This document shows positions 26,262 through 35,577 of a stretch of DNA of 64,000 bases, one piece after another. The DNA is taken from positions 2,583 through 66,582 of the forward strand of contig CALOBV010000007.1 of NCBI GenBank assembly GCA_942491535.1. Direction: 5' to 3'. Below the pieces are notes generated by a model, which worked only from the letters and a program-made list of their open reading frames with translations, was not told where the DNA came from and did no database searches. Source of the DNA: an uncultured Marinilabiliaceae bacterium. Lineage in GTDB: Bacteria; Bacteroidota; Bacteroidia; Bacteroidales; VadinHA17. Numbering within the stretch: position 1 is the first letter of the stretch; the number at the start of each line of letters is the position of its first letter. Position numbers and translations under genes: made by a program.

Positions 26262-29200
26262 ATGACAGGACTAATTTTTAAATATCGCTATTTTATTATC
26301 GTTATCTCAGTGCTGATATCAATAGCCGGGCTTTTGTTTATGCCTGGAATGGAGACTGATCCTGATATTAAGAATTACATCCCCGAATCCCTGGAATCAA
26401 AATTCAACACCTCACTAATCGAGGAGGAATTTGGAAACCAGGAAATGGTTATGATAGTTTTCGAAGATAGTTGCATCCTTACACCCGAAAACCTTAGATC
26501 TTTAAAGGAAACAGTCAGGCAGCTTTCGCGACTTGGTTCAGTCGAAAACACAATTTCCTTATTTAGTATCCGTCGAATATATGGTAAAGATGGTATGATG
26601 ATGGTTGACCCTGCCGTTAAAAAGATACCCGAGAACAGTGGCGATATTAATGCATTAAAGTCTGAGCTAACCAGGAACTCACTTGCCATGGGTACAGTTG
26701 TTTCGCGAGACTTCAGGTATGCAGCAATAGCTGCAACACTTGTATACAACAAGCCTGAGAATGAAATTCTTACTGAGATTGAAGATCTTGTTCAGGAAAA
26801 TAAGGGGCCATCAAAAGTATATTATAGCGGACTACCACATTTCAGAAGAAGCATAATGAAAGATGTCAGAAGGGATGGACTGATACTTGTTCCCCTGGCC
26901 CTGATTATTATGCTTATTTTTCTAAGGTTAGTATTCAGGGAGTGGAAAGGTATGGTACTACCCTTCTCTATGGTTGTTCTTGCAATTGCTGTTTCTATGG
27001 GGCTGGCACCCTTATTGGGATGGAAGCTATCGGTTTTAAGCCTTCTTGTGCCGATAATGCTTATTGCCGTGGCCAATGATTACGGTATTCATATGATAGC
27101 CAGGTACCAGGAGCTTAACAGGGAAAACTTTAAAGGAACAAACAAGGATATTATCAGGGAAACTATCAGGAGCCTGCGCCTACCCATCTTCTTTACAGGT
27201 CTTACTACTATTGCCGGCATACTGGGTCTTCTGACACATTCTATTAAACCTGCCAGGCATGTTGGCATCCTGGCTGCAGCAGGTATAGCTTATGCAGTAA
27301 TTCTGACCCTGTTTTTGCTACCGGCATGGCTTTCTCTTCTGAGGAGATCAAGGCCACTGAGCCTTAAAAAATCAGCTAATTCCTTTACAGTTCGCGCCCT
27401 ATCATATATTTCAAAAATAATTACAGGGCAGCCTCGCAGAGTATTGATTATTTCTCTGTCGCTCACTCTTATTTTTGCACTGGGCATCCTTAGAATAACA
27501 GTTGATGGAAATACGGAGAATTACTTCCCTGATAAACATCCAATAAAACAGGCTTCCCATATAGTGAACGATCATTTTGGAGGATCCCAAACCATCTCGG
27601 TTATGATAGATGGTGATATGAAAGATCCCGGCTTGCTTAAGATTATGGATAAGTGGAATATGGAATTCAAAGGTCTACCCGGTGTCGGAGATTCATATTC
27701 GCTAAGCACTGTAATAAAGGAGATGTCGAAAGCCCTTTATAATGAAGATGAGGAAGGTTATAATAGCATCCCTCCTACCCGTGATGCAGTGGCCCAGGTA
27801 CTCGAGCTATATAATATGAGTGGCGATCCTGATGATTTCGATAGGATAGTGGACTTCAGTTATACCAAGGCCAACATAATAATAAGGTTTGATGAACCGG
27901 AAACAAAATATGTAAAGGATGCTATTGCTTATATTGATTATCTGTCTGAAAGAGATGGGGTTCCAGTAGTAAAGGGAGGCTATGCTTACATTGAGCAACA
28001 ATTTGCAGAGAGCATAATAAAGGGTCAGATATGGTCTCTGGTCTTTGCAATAAGTGTTATAATAATTCTATTATCCATAATTTTCAGGTCCGTGAAGGGA
28101 GGTCTCATTTCTACGATACCAATTGTTGCTTCGGTGATATTCTTACTGGGTTTTATGGGCATCACAGGGATCACCCTTAATTCTGCTACTGCCCTGCTTT
28201 CATCAGTAATGATTGGAGTTGGTGTTGATTACACAATACATTTTTTGTGGCGCTATAAAGAAGAATTAAAAACATCCCCTCATAAGGAGGCTGTTCTAAC
28301 TACACTTACTACGACCGGACGAGGAATAGTATTTAATGCCTTCAGTGTAATTGTGGGATTTTCGGTACTTGTATTTTCAGGATTCACAAGTATCAGATTT
28401 TTTGGTTACCTGATAATTATAAGCATAGGAGTATGCCTTATCAGTGCTTTATTTGTAATTCCCTCATTAATGCTGGTATTCAAACCTGACTTTATTGAAC
28501 CTAAACTTAGAATTGAACAATATAAACGAAAAACAAATAAGCATATGAAGAGAGCAGTTATTTTGACATTATTACTTGGAATATCATTCATCCTGTCAGC
28601 CCAGGAAACTGCCGGGAGTATAATGACTAAAAGCAGGGAAATAATGAAGGTTGGGTCGTTTGAAGCAGTTGCAAAACTTACTATCAAAGATTCCAGGGGC
28701 AGAACAAGGGAAAGATCTAATATCACGGCGTCAAAAACCTTTGCGGACGGAACAGAAAAAAGACTTATTAAATTTCTATCCCCTGCTGATGTGGAAGGAA
28801 CCTCAATGCTGATTTACGATTATGACCAGGGGCAGGATGATATGTGGATCTATCTTCCGGCTTTGAAAAGAATCAGGAGGATAGTGAGCTCAGATAAGGG
28901 AAAGAGTTTTATGGGTTCTGAGTTTTCTAATTCAGATATGTCGTCGCCTCCCACAGAAGATTTTAATCATAGTATTCTGGAAGAGAACGATAAGACGTGG
29001 ATAATAGAAAGTGTACCTGTGGATACTGGTCTGGAAGACGAATATGGTTTTATAAGGAAGATCTCCTATATAAATAAAAACACCTACCTGATAAGCAAGA
29101 TGCAGTTTTTTGACTTTGATAATGAGATGTACAAAATAATTGAGATCAGGGATACGAAGGCAATTGGCGATAATAAGTATATAGTTACCCATATGATAGC

Positions 29201-29306
29201 TAACAATACCCTGAAAAGCAGGAGTTCTGAGATTATTATGACTGAAATCAGGACCGGTACAGCAATAAAGGATGAGATATTCTCACTGGCTTACCTGGAA
29301 CGATAA
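26262..29306 (+). CDS. MMPL/RND-superfamily exporter fused in frame to a LolA-like outer-membrane lipoprotein-sorting domain
   Basis: Two 6-TM MMPL bundles (..ANDYGIHMIARY.., ..GVDYTIHFLWRY..). From aa 762 (nt 28545) follows a complete signal-peptide-bearing module, MKRAVILTLLLGISFILSAQE..., with LolA-like hallmarks (LIKFLSPADVEGTSML, MWIYLPALKRIRRI, FMGSEFSNSDM). It starts 1 nt after the OMP stop. Confidence 0.8.
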   Translation: MTGLIFKYRYFIIVISVLISIAGLLFMPGMETDPDIKNYIPESLESKFNTSLIEEEFGNQEMVMIVFEDSCILTPENLRSLKETVRQLSRLGSVENTISLFSIRRIYGKDGMMMVDPAVKKIPENSGDINALKSELTRNSLAMGTVVSRDFRYAAIAATLVYNKPENEILTEIEDLVQENKGPSKVYYSGLPHFRRSIMKDVRRDGLILVPLALIIMLIFLRLVFREWKGMVLPFSMVVLAIAVSMGLAPLLGWKLSVLSLLVPIMLIAVANDYGIHMIARYQELNRENFKGTNKDIIRETIRSLRLPIFFTGLTTIAGILGLLTHSIKPARHVGILAAAGIAYAVILTLFLLPAWLSLLRRSRPLSLKKSANSFTVRALSYISKIITGQPRRVLIISLSLTLIFALGILRITVDGNTENYFPDKHPIKQASHIVNDHFGGSQTISVMIDGDMKDPGLLKIMDKWNMEFKGLPGVGDSYSLSTVIKEMSKALYNEDEEGYNSIPPTRDAVAQVLELYNMSGDPDDFDRIVDFSYTKANIIIRFDEPETKYVKDAIAYIDYLSERDGVPVVKGGYAYIEQQFAESIIKGQIWSLVFAISVIIILLSIIFRSVKGGLISTIPIVASVIFLLGFMGITGITLNSATALLSSVMIGVGVDYTIHFLWRYKEELKTSPHKEAVLTTLTTTGRGIVFNAFSVIVGFSVLVFSGFTSIRFFGYLIIISIGVCLISALFVIPSLMLVFKPDFIEPKLRIEQYKRKTNKHMKRAVILTLLLGISFILSAQETAGSIMTKSREIMKVGSFEAVAKLTIKDSRGRTRERSNITASKTFADGTEKRLIKFLSPADVEGTSMLIYDYDQGQDDMWIYLPALKRIRRIVSSDKGKSFMGSEFSNSDMSSPPTEDFNHSILEENDKTWIIESVPVDTGLEDEYGFIRKISYINKNTYLISKMQFFDFDNEMYKIIEIRDTKAIGDNKYIVTHMIANNTLKSRSSEIIMTEIRTGTAIKDEIFSLAYLER

Positions 29307-29359
29307 TCAGTGCCTGCTAATTGTAAACAATATCTTTTGTGCTATGAGATTCTCATAAA

Positions 29360-32053
29360 TCAGGAATCCAGATGCTTATCAAGAAAGACAGTCGCGCCAC
29401 TTTCCGAATGTGTAATGTCAAAACCACGCTTTCTGAACATTTTAATAATCCGAACATTGTCAGTGTTAGTCTGGGCTACAATCTTATTCAGTCCCCATTT
29501 TTTTGATATATCGAGACAATAGTCAGTAAGCTTACTGCCAAGCTCCATGTTTTGCCATTTATCCGCTACCAGAATGGCATATTCGACTGTTTCGAACTCA
29601 ATATCTGCTATAAGCCTGCCCACTCCTATCAGCTTCTTTTGTCCTTCTTCTTCGATCTCAGCTACAATGGCAATCTCTCTGTCATAATCTATATAGCAAT
29701 ATCTTGTTGCTACCTCGTGAATCGACCATGAGAAAAACGAATTAAATCTTGAATAAATAGATTCTTTAGAGCAACTGGCAAGCAGATCGAACCAGAGTGG
29801 CTCATCTTCGGGGCGGATAGGTCTGAAAACAATATTAGACCCATTTATTTCCATCGGTTCAGAGACATATTCTTCGGGATAGGGTTTGATTGAGAGATGA
29901 TGATACTTTTCCCTGTCTTTGCAGTCTGTATTGTCAATCACCATGCGGGCATCAAGAGCGATTATGTCATTACCTGAAACCATCAATGGATTAATATCCA
30001 GCTCCTTAAGCTCAGGATAATCAGCAGCGAGATATGAAAGTCTTATTATTACTTCTATAAGTCTTTCAATATTGACAGGTTGACTGCCCCTGTAACCCTG
30101 AAGCAAGGGCCATATTCTGAGTTGTTCGAGCATTCTCCTTACCAATCTTTCATTTAAGGGTGGAAATCCAAGACTCCTATCCTTAAATAATTCTGCAGTA
30201 ACACCCCCTGCCCCAACAAGTATAAGCGTACCAAAAGTCCTATCATATTTTATCCCAATAATCAGCTCGATAGAATCTTTTAATTTTATCATTGGCTGTA
30301 TGCTGACTCCATCTATCCTTGCCTCTGGAGTTTTCGCCGTAACATTAGCACTTATATTTTCAAAGGCTGCAATAGCCTCAGTGTTATTATTGATATTTAG
30401 TATTACGCCACCTGAATCACTCTTATGGCTGATATCCGGTGAGCATATTTTAAATACAACCGGGTAAGATATTGTATTTGAAATCTCTATAGCCTCTTCC
30501 ACTGTTTTTGCCAGCCGGGGGACAGTAACGGGTATGCCATAGGCTTTCAGTAAGAGCTTGGACGTTTGCTCATCCAGAATTACACCTTTCTGATTAATAA
30601 TATATTCGAATTCCTTTCTGATACTATCCCTGTCAATAGTGAATTTAAGTGGAATATTTCTGGGGGTTTCGTACAGAGTTTCAAGGTTTCTGGAGTATTC
30701 TACCAGTGTCATAAATGCCCTTACTGCCTGTTCGGGAGTATTATAGTTGGCTATCTTATTATCATTAAGTATTTTGACTCCTTCTCCCATTTGTTCTCCG
30801 CCCAGCCAGGAACCCAGTATTGGTTTTGAAGTGCTGCTCTGAAGTTCAGAAATAGCTTTTGCTGCAGCCATAACATTAGTCATGGCCTGCGGTGTTAGTA
30901 TAACCAGTACTGCATCAACATTCTTATCCTTAATCACAATTTCAGTCGCTTTTACCAGTCTTTTATACCTGTCGTCACCAATTACGTCTACCGGATTGGA
31001 ATGCGACCACATAGGAGGAAGAGCTATATTGAGTTCATCCATTGAGTCAGAACACAATTCTGCTAATTTTCCTCCTGAGGCAATAAGTGCATCGGTAGCC
31101 ATTACTCCCGGACCACCGGCATTTGTAACTATTGCAAGTCTGTCGCCATGTGGCAACTTATTCCTGCCAAGCAACTCAGCACAGTCGAAGATCTCACCTA
31201 TATCATATACACGAGCCGTTCCGGTTCTCTGAAATGCAGCATCATAAATAGAATCCTCAGCAGCCAGAGCCCCTGTATGTGAAGCAGCAGCAGCTGCCGA
31301 TTCAGGGAAACGGCCTGCTTTATAAACAATAAGAGGCTTGGTCCTGGCAAAAGCCCTGGCTGCAGACATAAATTTCCTGGCAAGTGTAATTGATTCGATA
31401 TACAGTATAATAAATCTGGTATTTTCATCTTCGCCCAGGTAGTCAATCAAATGACCGAAGTCAACATCTATGGAATTGCCGAGTGATACGAAAGTTGAAA
31501 AACCAATCTTTTTTTGTTTTGCCCAATCGAGAACCGAAGTGCACAGAGCTCCCGATTGCGAAATAAATGCAATATTGCCTTTCTCGGGCATTGATGGAGC
31601 AAAGCTTATATTAAGGCTCAGGGATGGAATTATTATGCCAAGACAGTTAGGGCCAATAACCCGCATTCCCGGATACTGCTGAATAATTTGTCGTATCTCC
31701 TGCTCTATCATCTCACCTTCTTCACCAGCCTCACGCATTCCTGCAGTCATTATAATTATGCCATTTATACCGAGCCTGCCGCATTCTCTGATTTGCAGGG
31801 GTACTTCGTTTGCCGGTGAACAGATAACAGCCAGATCGGGGATGGCAGGTAATGATTTGAGGTCGGGGAAACACGAGACACCCATAATAGCCTCACTGCT
31901 TTGATTAATAGGGTATACTACCCCTTTGAAGCGGCTGCCAACAATATTTGACAGTACCTTAGCGCTTACACTGTTAGGATTAATTGATATGCCAACAATG
32001 GCAATTCTTTCAGGTTTAAAGATTGAATCTAGGCTTCTGTTACCGGAACTCAT
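29360..32053 (-). CDS. Bifunctional ADP-forming acetyl-CoA synthetase-like / GNAT N-acetyltransferase (Pat-type protein acetyltransferase)
   Basis: 897 aa: CoA-binding and ligase-CoA domains (GPNCLGI, SQSGAL), an ATP-grasp domain and a C-terminal GNAT (..ILVADKWQNMELGSKL..). Confidence 0.85.
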   Translation of the reverse strand: MSSGNRSLDSIFKPERIAIVGISINPNSVSAKVLSNIVGSRFKGVVYPINQSSEAIMGVSCFPDLKSLPAIPDLAVICSPANEVPLQIRECGRLGINGIIIMTAGMREAGEEGEMIEQEIRQIIQQYPGMRVIGPNCLGIIIPSLSLNISFAPSMPEKGNIAFISQSGALCTSVLDWAKQKKIGFSTFVSLGNSIDVDFGHLIDYLGEDENTRFIILYIESITLARKFMSAARAFARTKPLIVYKAGRFPESAAAAASHTGALAAEDSIYDAAFQRTGTARVYDIGEIFDCAELLGRNKLPHGDRLAIVTNAGGPGVMATDALIASGGKLAELCSDSMDELNIALPPMWSHSNPVDVIGDDRYKRLVKATEIVIKDKNVDAVLVILTPQAMTNVMAAAKAISELQSSTSKPILGSWLGGEQMGEGVKILNDNKIANYNTPEQAVRAFMTLVEYSRNLETLYETPRNIPLKFTIDRDSIRKEFEYIINQKGVILDEQTSKLLLKAYGIPVTVPRLAKTVEEAIEISNTISYPVVFKICSPDISHKSDSGGVILNINNNTEAIAAFENISANVTAKTPEARIDGVSIQPMIKLKDSIELIIGIKYDRTFGTLILVGAGGVTAELFKDRSLGFPPLNERLVRRMLEQLRIWPLLQGYRGSQPVNIERLIEVIIRLSYLAADYPELKELDINPLMVSGNDIIALDARMVIDNTDCKDREKYHHLSIKPYPEEYVSEPMEINGSNIVFRPIRPEDEPLWFDLLASCSKESIYSRFNSFFSWSIHEVATRYCYIDYDREIAIVAEIEEEGQKKLIGVGRLIADIEFETVEYAILVADKWQNMELGSKLTDYCLDISKKWGLNKIVAQTNTDNVRIIKMFRKRGFDITHSESGATVFLDKHLDS

Positions 32054-32306
32054 TATAAAATAATTAAAATGCTAAAGGATAAGGAAAAATCTTTTTAAAA
32101 GTAGCTAATATTAAGAGTAAGGTTTATGATATTTGCTTGTTATTAAACATTAATATGTATCATGAAACTTGCCGGAATTGATATCGGATATAAATTCAAT
32201 GATCGGAATTACCTGGCAGAACCTTGCCTGTTTCACTGATTGTTACGTCAATTATTCTTAATTTTGTTGGTATAATTAGTGAGTCTATACTAATGACAAT
32301 TGACAA

Positions 32307-33728
32307 ATGGCAAAAGGAATAATAAGTTTTGATACAACAATAGTTGCGCCGGCCACCGGTACAGGTGGTGCCATATCGGTGATAAGAATCAGCGGAAAAG
32401 ATTCATTTACACTGCTTAATAAAATATTCAGACCTAAGGGAAAGGAGGCTAAGGCTATGGCCATGGCAGAGGCCGAGGGCTTCAGGATAATTTATGGAGA
32501 TATAGTTGAAGGTGAGGAACCTGTTGACGATGTACTTGTCTCATTTTTCAAGAGTCCAAATTCATATACGGGCGAAGACTCCGTAGAAATAAGCTGTCAT
32601 GCTTCCCCGTATATCCTGCAAAAGATTTTGCAGATGCTTGTCAGAACAGGGGCCTCCCCTGCCCGCCCGGGAGAATTTACTCAAAGAGCCTTTCTAAATG
32701 GGAAGATGGACCTTTCACAGGCTGAAGCGGTAGCAGACCTTATTGCAGCCGAAACAGAGGCCTCACACCAGCTGGCATTAAATCAGATGAGAGGAACATA
32801 TTCGGATGAGATAAATAAACTCAGAGAAAAGATGCTTCATTTTGCTTCAATGATTGAACTGGAGCTGGATTTTGGCGAAGAAGATGTTGAATTTGCCGAT
32901 CGGAATGAATTGAAAAGCATGGTTCAGGAAATTAAGACCTATACAGATTCTCTTGCCGATTCGTTCAGGTATGGAAATGTTATTAAGAACGGTGTTCCTG
33001 TTGCTATTGTCGGAAAACCCAACTCAGGTAAATCAACTTTGCTGAATGCTCTTTTGAAAGATGAGCGTGCAATAGTATCGGAAATACCCGGAACCACAAG
33101 GGATGTAATTGAAGATACAATAATAATTGAAGGTGTATTATTCAGGTTTATTGATACTGCCGGACTTCGTGAGACTGCCGATGTTATTGAGAACCTTGGA
33201 ATAAGAAAAACCTACCAGAAGATAGAGCAGGCAGATATTGTTTTACTTATGGCAGATGCCTCAGATACTCCAGAGATAATAAATAAGGCTTACAGGACTA
33301 TAAGCGATCAGCTTAGTGATACTGCAAAGGAATTAGTACTTGTTGTGAACAAGGAAGATCTTATATCCGGAAATCAGATGGAAGCTCTGAAGAACAGCCT
33401 CACCTGCAAGGACTCAAATTGTGTTATAGTCTCAGCACTTGAAGGAACCGGTGTCGATGTCCTGACTTCATACCTTACAAAGTTTATTGCTAATTCAAGT
33501 ATGGGAGACTCTACACTGGTTGTTACCAACCTTCGTCATTATGATGCCCTGAGGCAATGCAGTGAGAGCCTGTCTCGTGTAATTGAAGGCATTGAAAATC
33601 AAATGGCAGAAGATTTTCTTGCTATGGATCTTAGACAGGCAATACATTTTCTGGGGGAAATAACCGGGGAAATTCAGACCGATGAAATACTCGCTAACAT
33701 ATTTAAAAATTTCTGTATCGGTAAATAA
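32307..33728 (+). CDS. mnmE: tRNA modification GTPase MnmE
   Basis: GKPNSGKSTLLNAL, DTAGLRET and NKEDL motifs, with the C-terminal FCIGK tail. Confidence 0.95.
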   Translation: MAKGIISFDTTIVAPATGTGGAISVIRISGKDSFTLLNKIFRPKGKEAKAMAMAEAEGFRIIYGDIVEGEEPVDDVLVSFFKSPNSYTGEDSVEISCHASPYILQKILQMLVRTGASPARPGEFTQRAFLNGKMDLSQAEAVADLIAAETEASHQLALNQMRGTYSDEINKLREKMLHFASMIELELDFGEEDVEFADRNELKSMVQEIKTYTDSLADSFRYGNVIKNGVPVAIVGKPNSGKSTLLNALLKDERAIVSEIPGTTRDVIEDTIIIEGVLFRFIDTAGLRETADVIENLGIRKTYQKIEQADIVLLMADASDTPEIINKAYRTISDQLSDTAKELVLVVNKEDLISGNQMEALKNSLTCKDSNCVIVSALEGTGVDVLTSYLTKFIANSSMGDSTLVVTNLRHYDALRQCSESLSRVIEGIENQMAEDFLAMDLRQAIHFLGEITGEIQTDEILANIFKNFCIGK

Positions 33729-33901
33729 AAAAGATTCCTGATTATCAATTTTGCAGCTAATCATATTTAATTAAAATAAAATCAGCTATTTACGGAACTT
33801 TATCCAATTAAATGTGTTATCTTATAGGGTTCCAAGTAAGGGTGTATCGATAATACCCTTATTATTGTATAAATTGAATACGTCAAAATAAAAATAAATA
33901 G

Positions 33902-34060
33902 ATGATAGATAAGAAACAAAAATCAGTTTTTCCCTCACCAGATTTATCAAAACTACAGGAAGTGTTTATTGATTTCAGAACCAAAATATATATTCCTCTT
34001 GGAAGTGACCCCGAGCAGGCAAGAAAGCGTTACTGGCTTAATATGAAGAATAAGAAATAG
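33902..34060 (+). CDS. Hypothetical 52-aa protein (unsupported beyond an open frame)
   Basis: My translation: MIDKKQKSVFPSPDLSKLQEVFIDFRTKIYIPLGSDPEQARKRYWLNMKNKK. It sits in a 500-bp gap and I recognise no homology. Confidence 0.25.
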   Translation: MIDKKQKSVFPSPDLSKLQEVFIDFRTKIYIPLGSDPEQARKRYWLNMKNKK

Positions 34061-34242
34061 CTTTTCTCATTATAATCAATAAGCTTGTATCGATAGGATT
34101 TAATTCTTAATATTCTCCGCCCCTACCAAAAGCATCAAAATATCAGACGGCAGCTAGACCTGAGTAAAGCTATGCTCCGTATAGGATATATTTTTTTTTG
34201 CTTTTGAGACGCGTGGTTACTAACTTCTTATTATATTTAAAT

Positions 34243-35577
34243 ATGAAGAAAATAGTAGTTGCACTCCAGATTGTTATGCTATCTTTTTTAGGATGTGAAA
34301 AGAAAGCTGAAAAAGTTAAGTATGAGATTCCTAACTACAGGGTTAGCAGCTTTGGAAATACTCACCCTAATGAAGTATCGATATCAATTAATCCTGTAAA
34401 TCCCATAAATATTGTTGTAGGATCAAATCTTAATTTCTATTACTGGTCTTTTACATCGGCAACAACCTGGACCCAGGGAGTACTTACTTCATCGGTCCTT
34501 GGAGTATATGGTGATCCCGTATTGATGTTCGACGATACGGGTGTAATATACTATTGCCACCTTTCAGATCCTGAGGGTGACCCCAGATTCGACCAGATAG
34601 TTGTTCAGCGTTCTTCTGCAGGTGGACAAACATGGGACGATGGAGTTGGAGTAGGACTTAATGGCGTAAAGGTACAGGATAAGGAGTGGATAACTTATGA
34701 CAGAAGTGAATCTGCCTATAGAGGCAACCTCTACCTTAGCTGGACTGAATTTGATGCATACGAAAGTGATAATCCGGATGATAAATCCAGGATAAGGTTC
34801 TCGAGGTCTGAAGACAGGTCAGAAACATGGTCCCCTCCCATTATAATAAGTGATACAGAAGGTGATTGCCTTGATAGCGATGATACTATGGAGGGTGCTG
34901 TTCCGGCGGTAGGTAATAATGGTGAAATATATATTGCATGGGCCGGGCCGGAAGGAATATACTTCGACAGGTCTAATGACGGTGGAATAAGTTTTGGTAC
35001 GGATCAGATAATCAGTGATCAGCCAGGGGGATGGGACTTTGATATTCCAGGTCATTCGCGATGCAATGGGATGCCTTTTACTGTTTGTGATAACAGCGAC
35101 TCTGACTATAGTGGAAATTTATATGTTCTATGGTCAGATCAGAGAAATGGCACTGGTAATACTGATATCTTTTTGCTTAAGTCTGAAGATGGAGGGACAA
35201 CATGGAGTGACAGATTAACGGTCAATACCGACGCTACCGCTACACACCAGTATTTTCCTAATATTGTAGTTGATCCGGTAACAGGTATAATTTACGTTGT
35301 ATATTACGACAGGAGTCAGCATACCGGTAATGAAACAGATGTATGGATGGCCCGGTCGGATGATGGAGGCAATTCTTTTACTAATTTCAAGATAAGCTCT
35401 CTGCCTTTTACTCCTTCTGATCAGATCTTTTTTGGCGATTATATTGATATAGATGCTTATTCAGGAATGATTTATGCCAGCTGGATGAGGATGGACGAAA
35501 GTGAGATGAGCATATTGTGCGCTAAAGTAGATGAATCAGATCTCAAGAATGGTTTACCACCACAATATATTGATTAG
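34243..35577 (+). CDS. BNR/Asp-box repeat (sialidase-fold) lipoprotein
   Basis: Lipobox ..MLSFLGC from M16 of the track ORF. Five Asp-box motifs: SSAGGQTW, SEDRSETW, SNDGGISF, SEDGGTTW, SDDGGNSF. Confidence 0.8.
   Translation: MKKIVVALQIVMLSFLGCEKKAEKVKYEIPNYRVSSFGNTHPNEVSISINPVNPINIVVGSNLNFYYWSFTSATTWTQGVLTSSVLGVYGDPVLMFDDTGVIYYCHLSDPEGDPRFDQIVVQRSSAGGQTWDDGVGVGLNGVKVQDKEWITYDRSESAYRGNLYLSWTEFDAYESDNPDDKSRIRFSRSEDRSETWSPPIIISDTEGDCLDSDDTMEGAVPAVGNNGEIYIAWAGPEGIYFDRSNDGGISFGTDQIISDQPGGWDFDIPGHSRCNGMPFTVCDNSDSDYSGNLYVLWSDQRNGTGNTDIFLLKSEDGGTTWSDRLTVNTDATATHQYFPNIVVDPVTGIIYVVYYDRSQHTGNETDVWMARSDDGGNSFTNFKISSLPFTPSDQIFFGDYIDIDAYSGMIYASWMRMDESEMSILCAKVDESDLKNGLPPQYID

Noticed and set aside
29360-32053. 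ACS(ADP-forming)-GNAT fusion as a novel architecture
   Set aside because: This is the well-known Pat/YfiQ-type protein acetyltransferase layout and is not novel.
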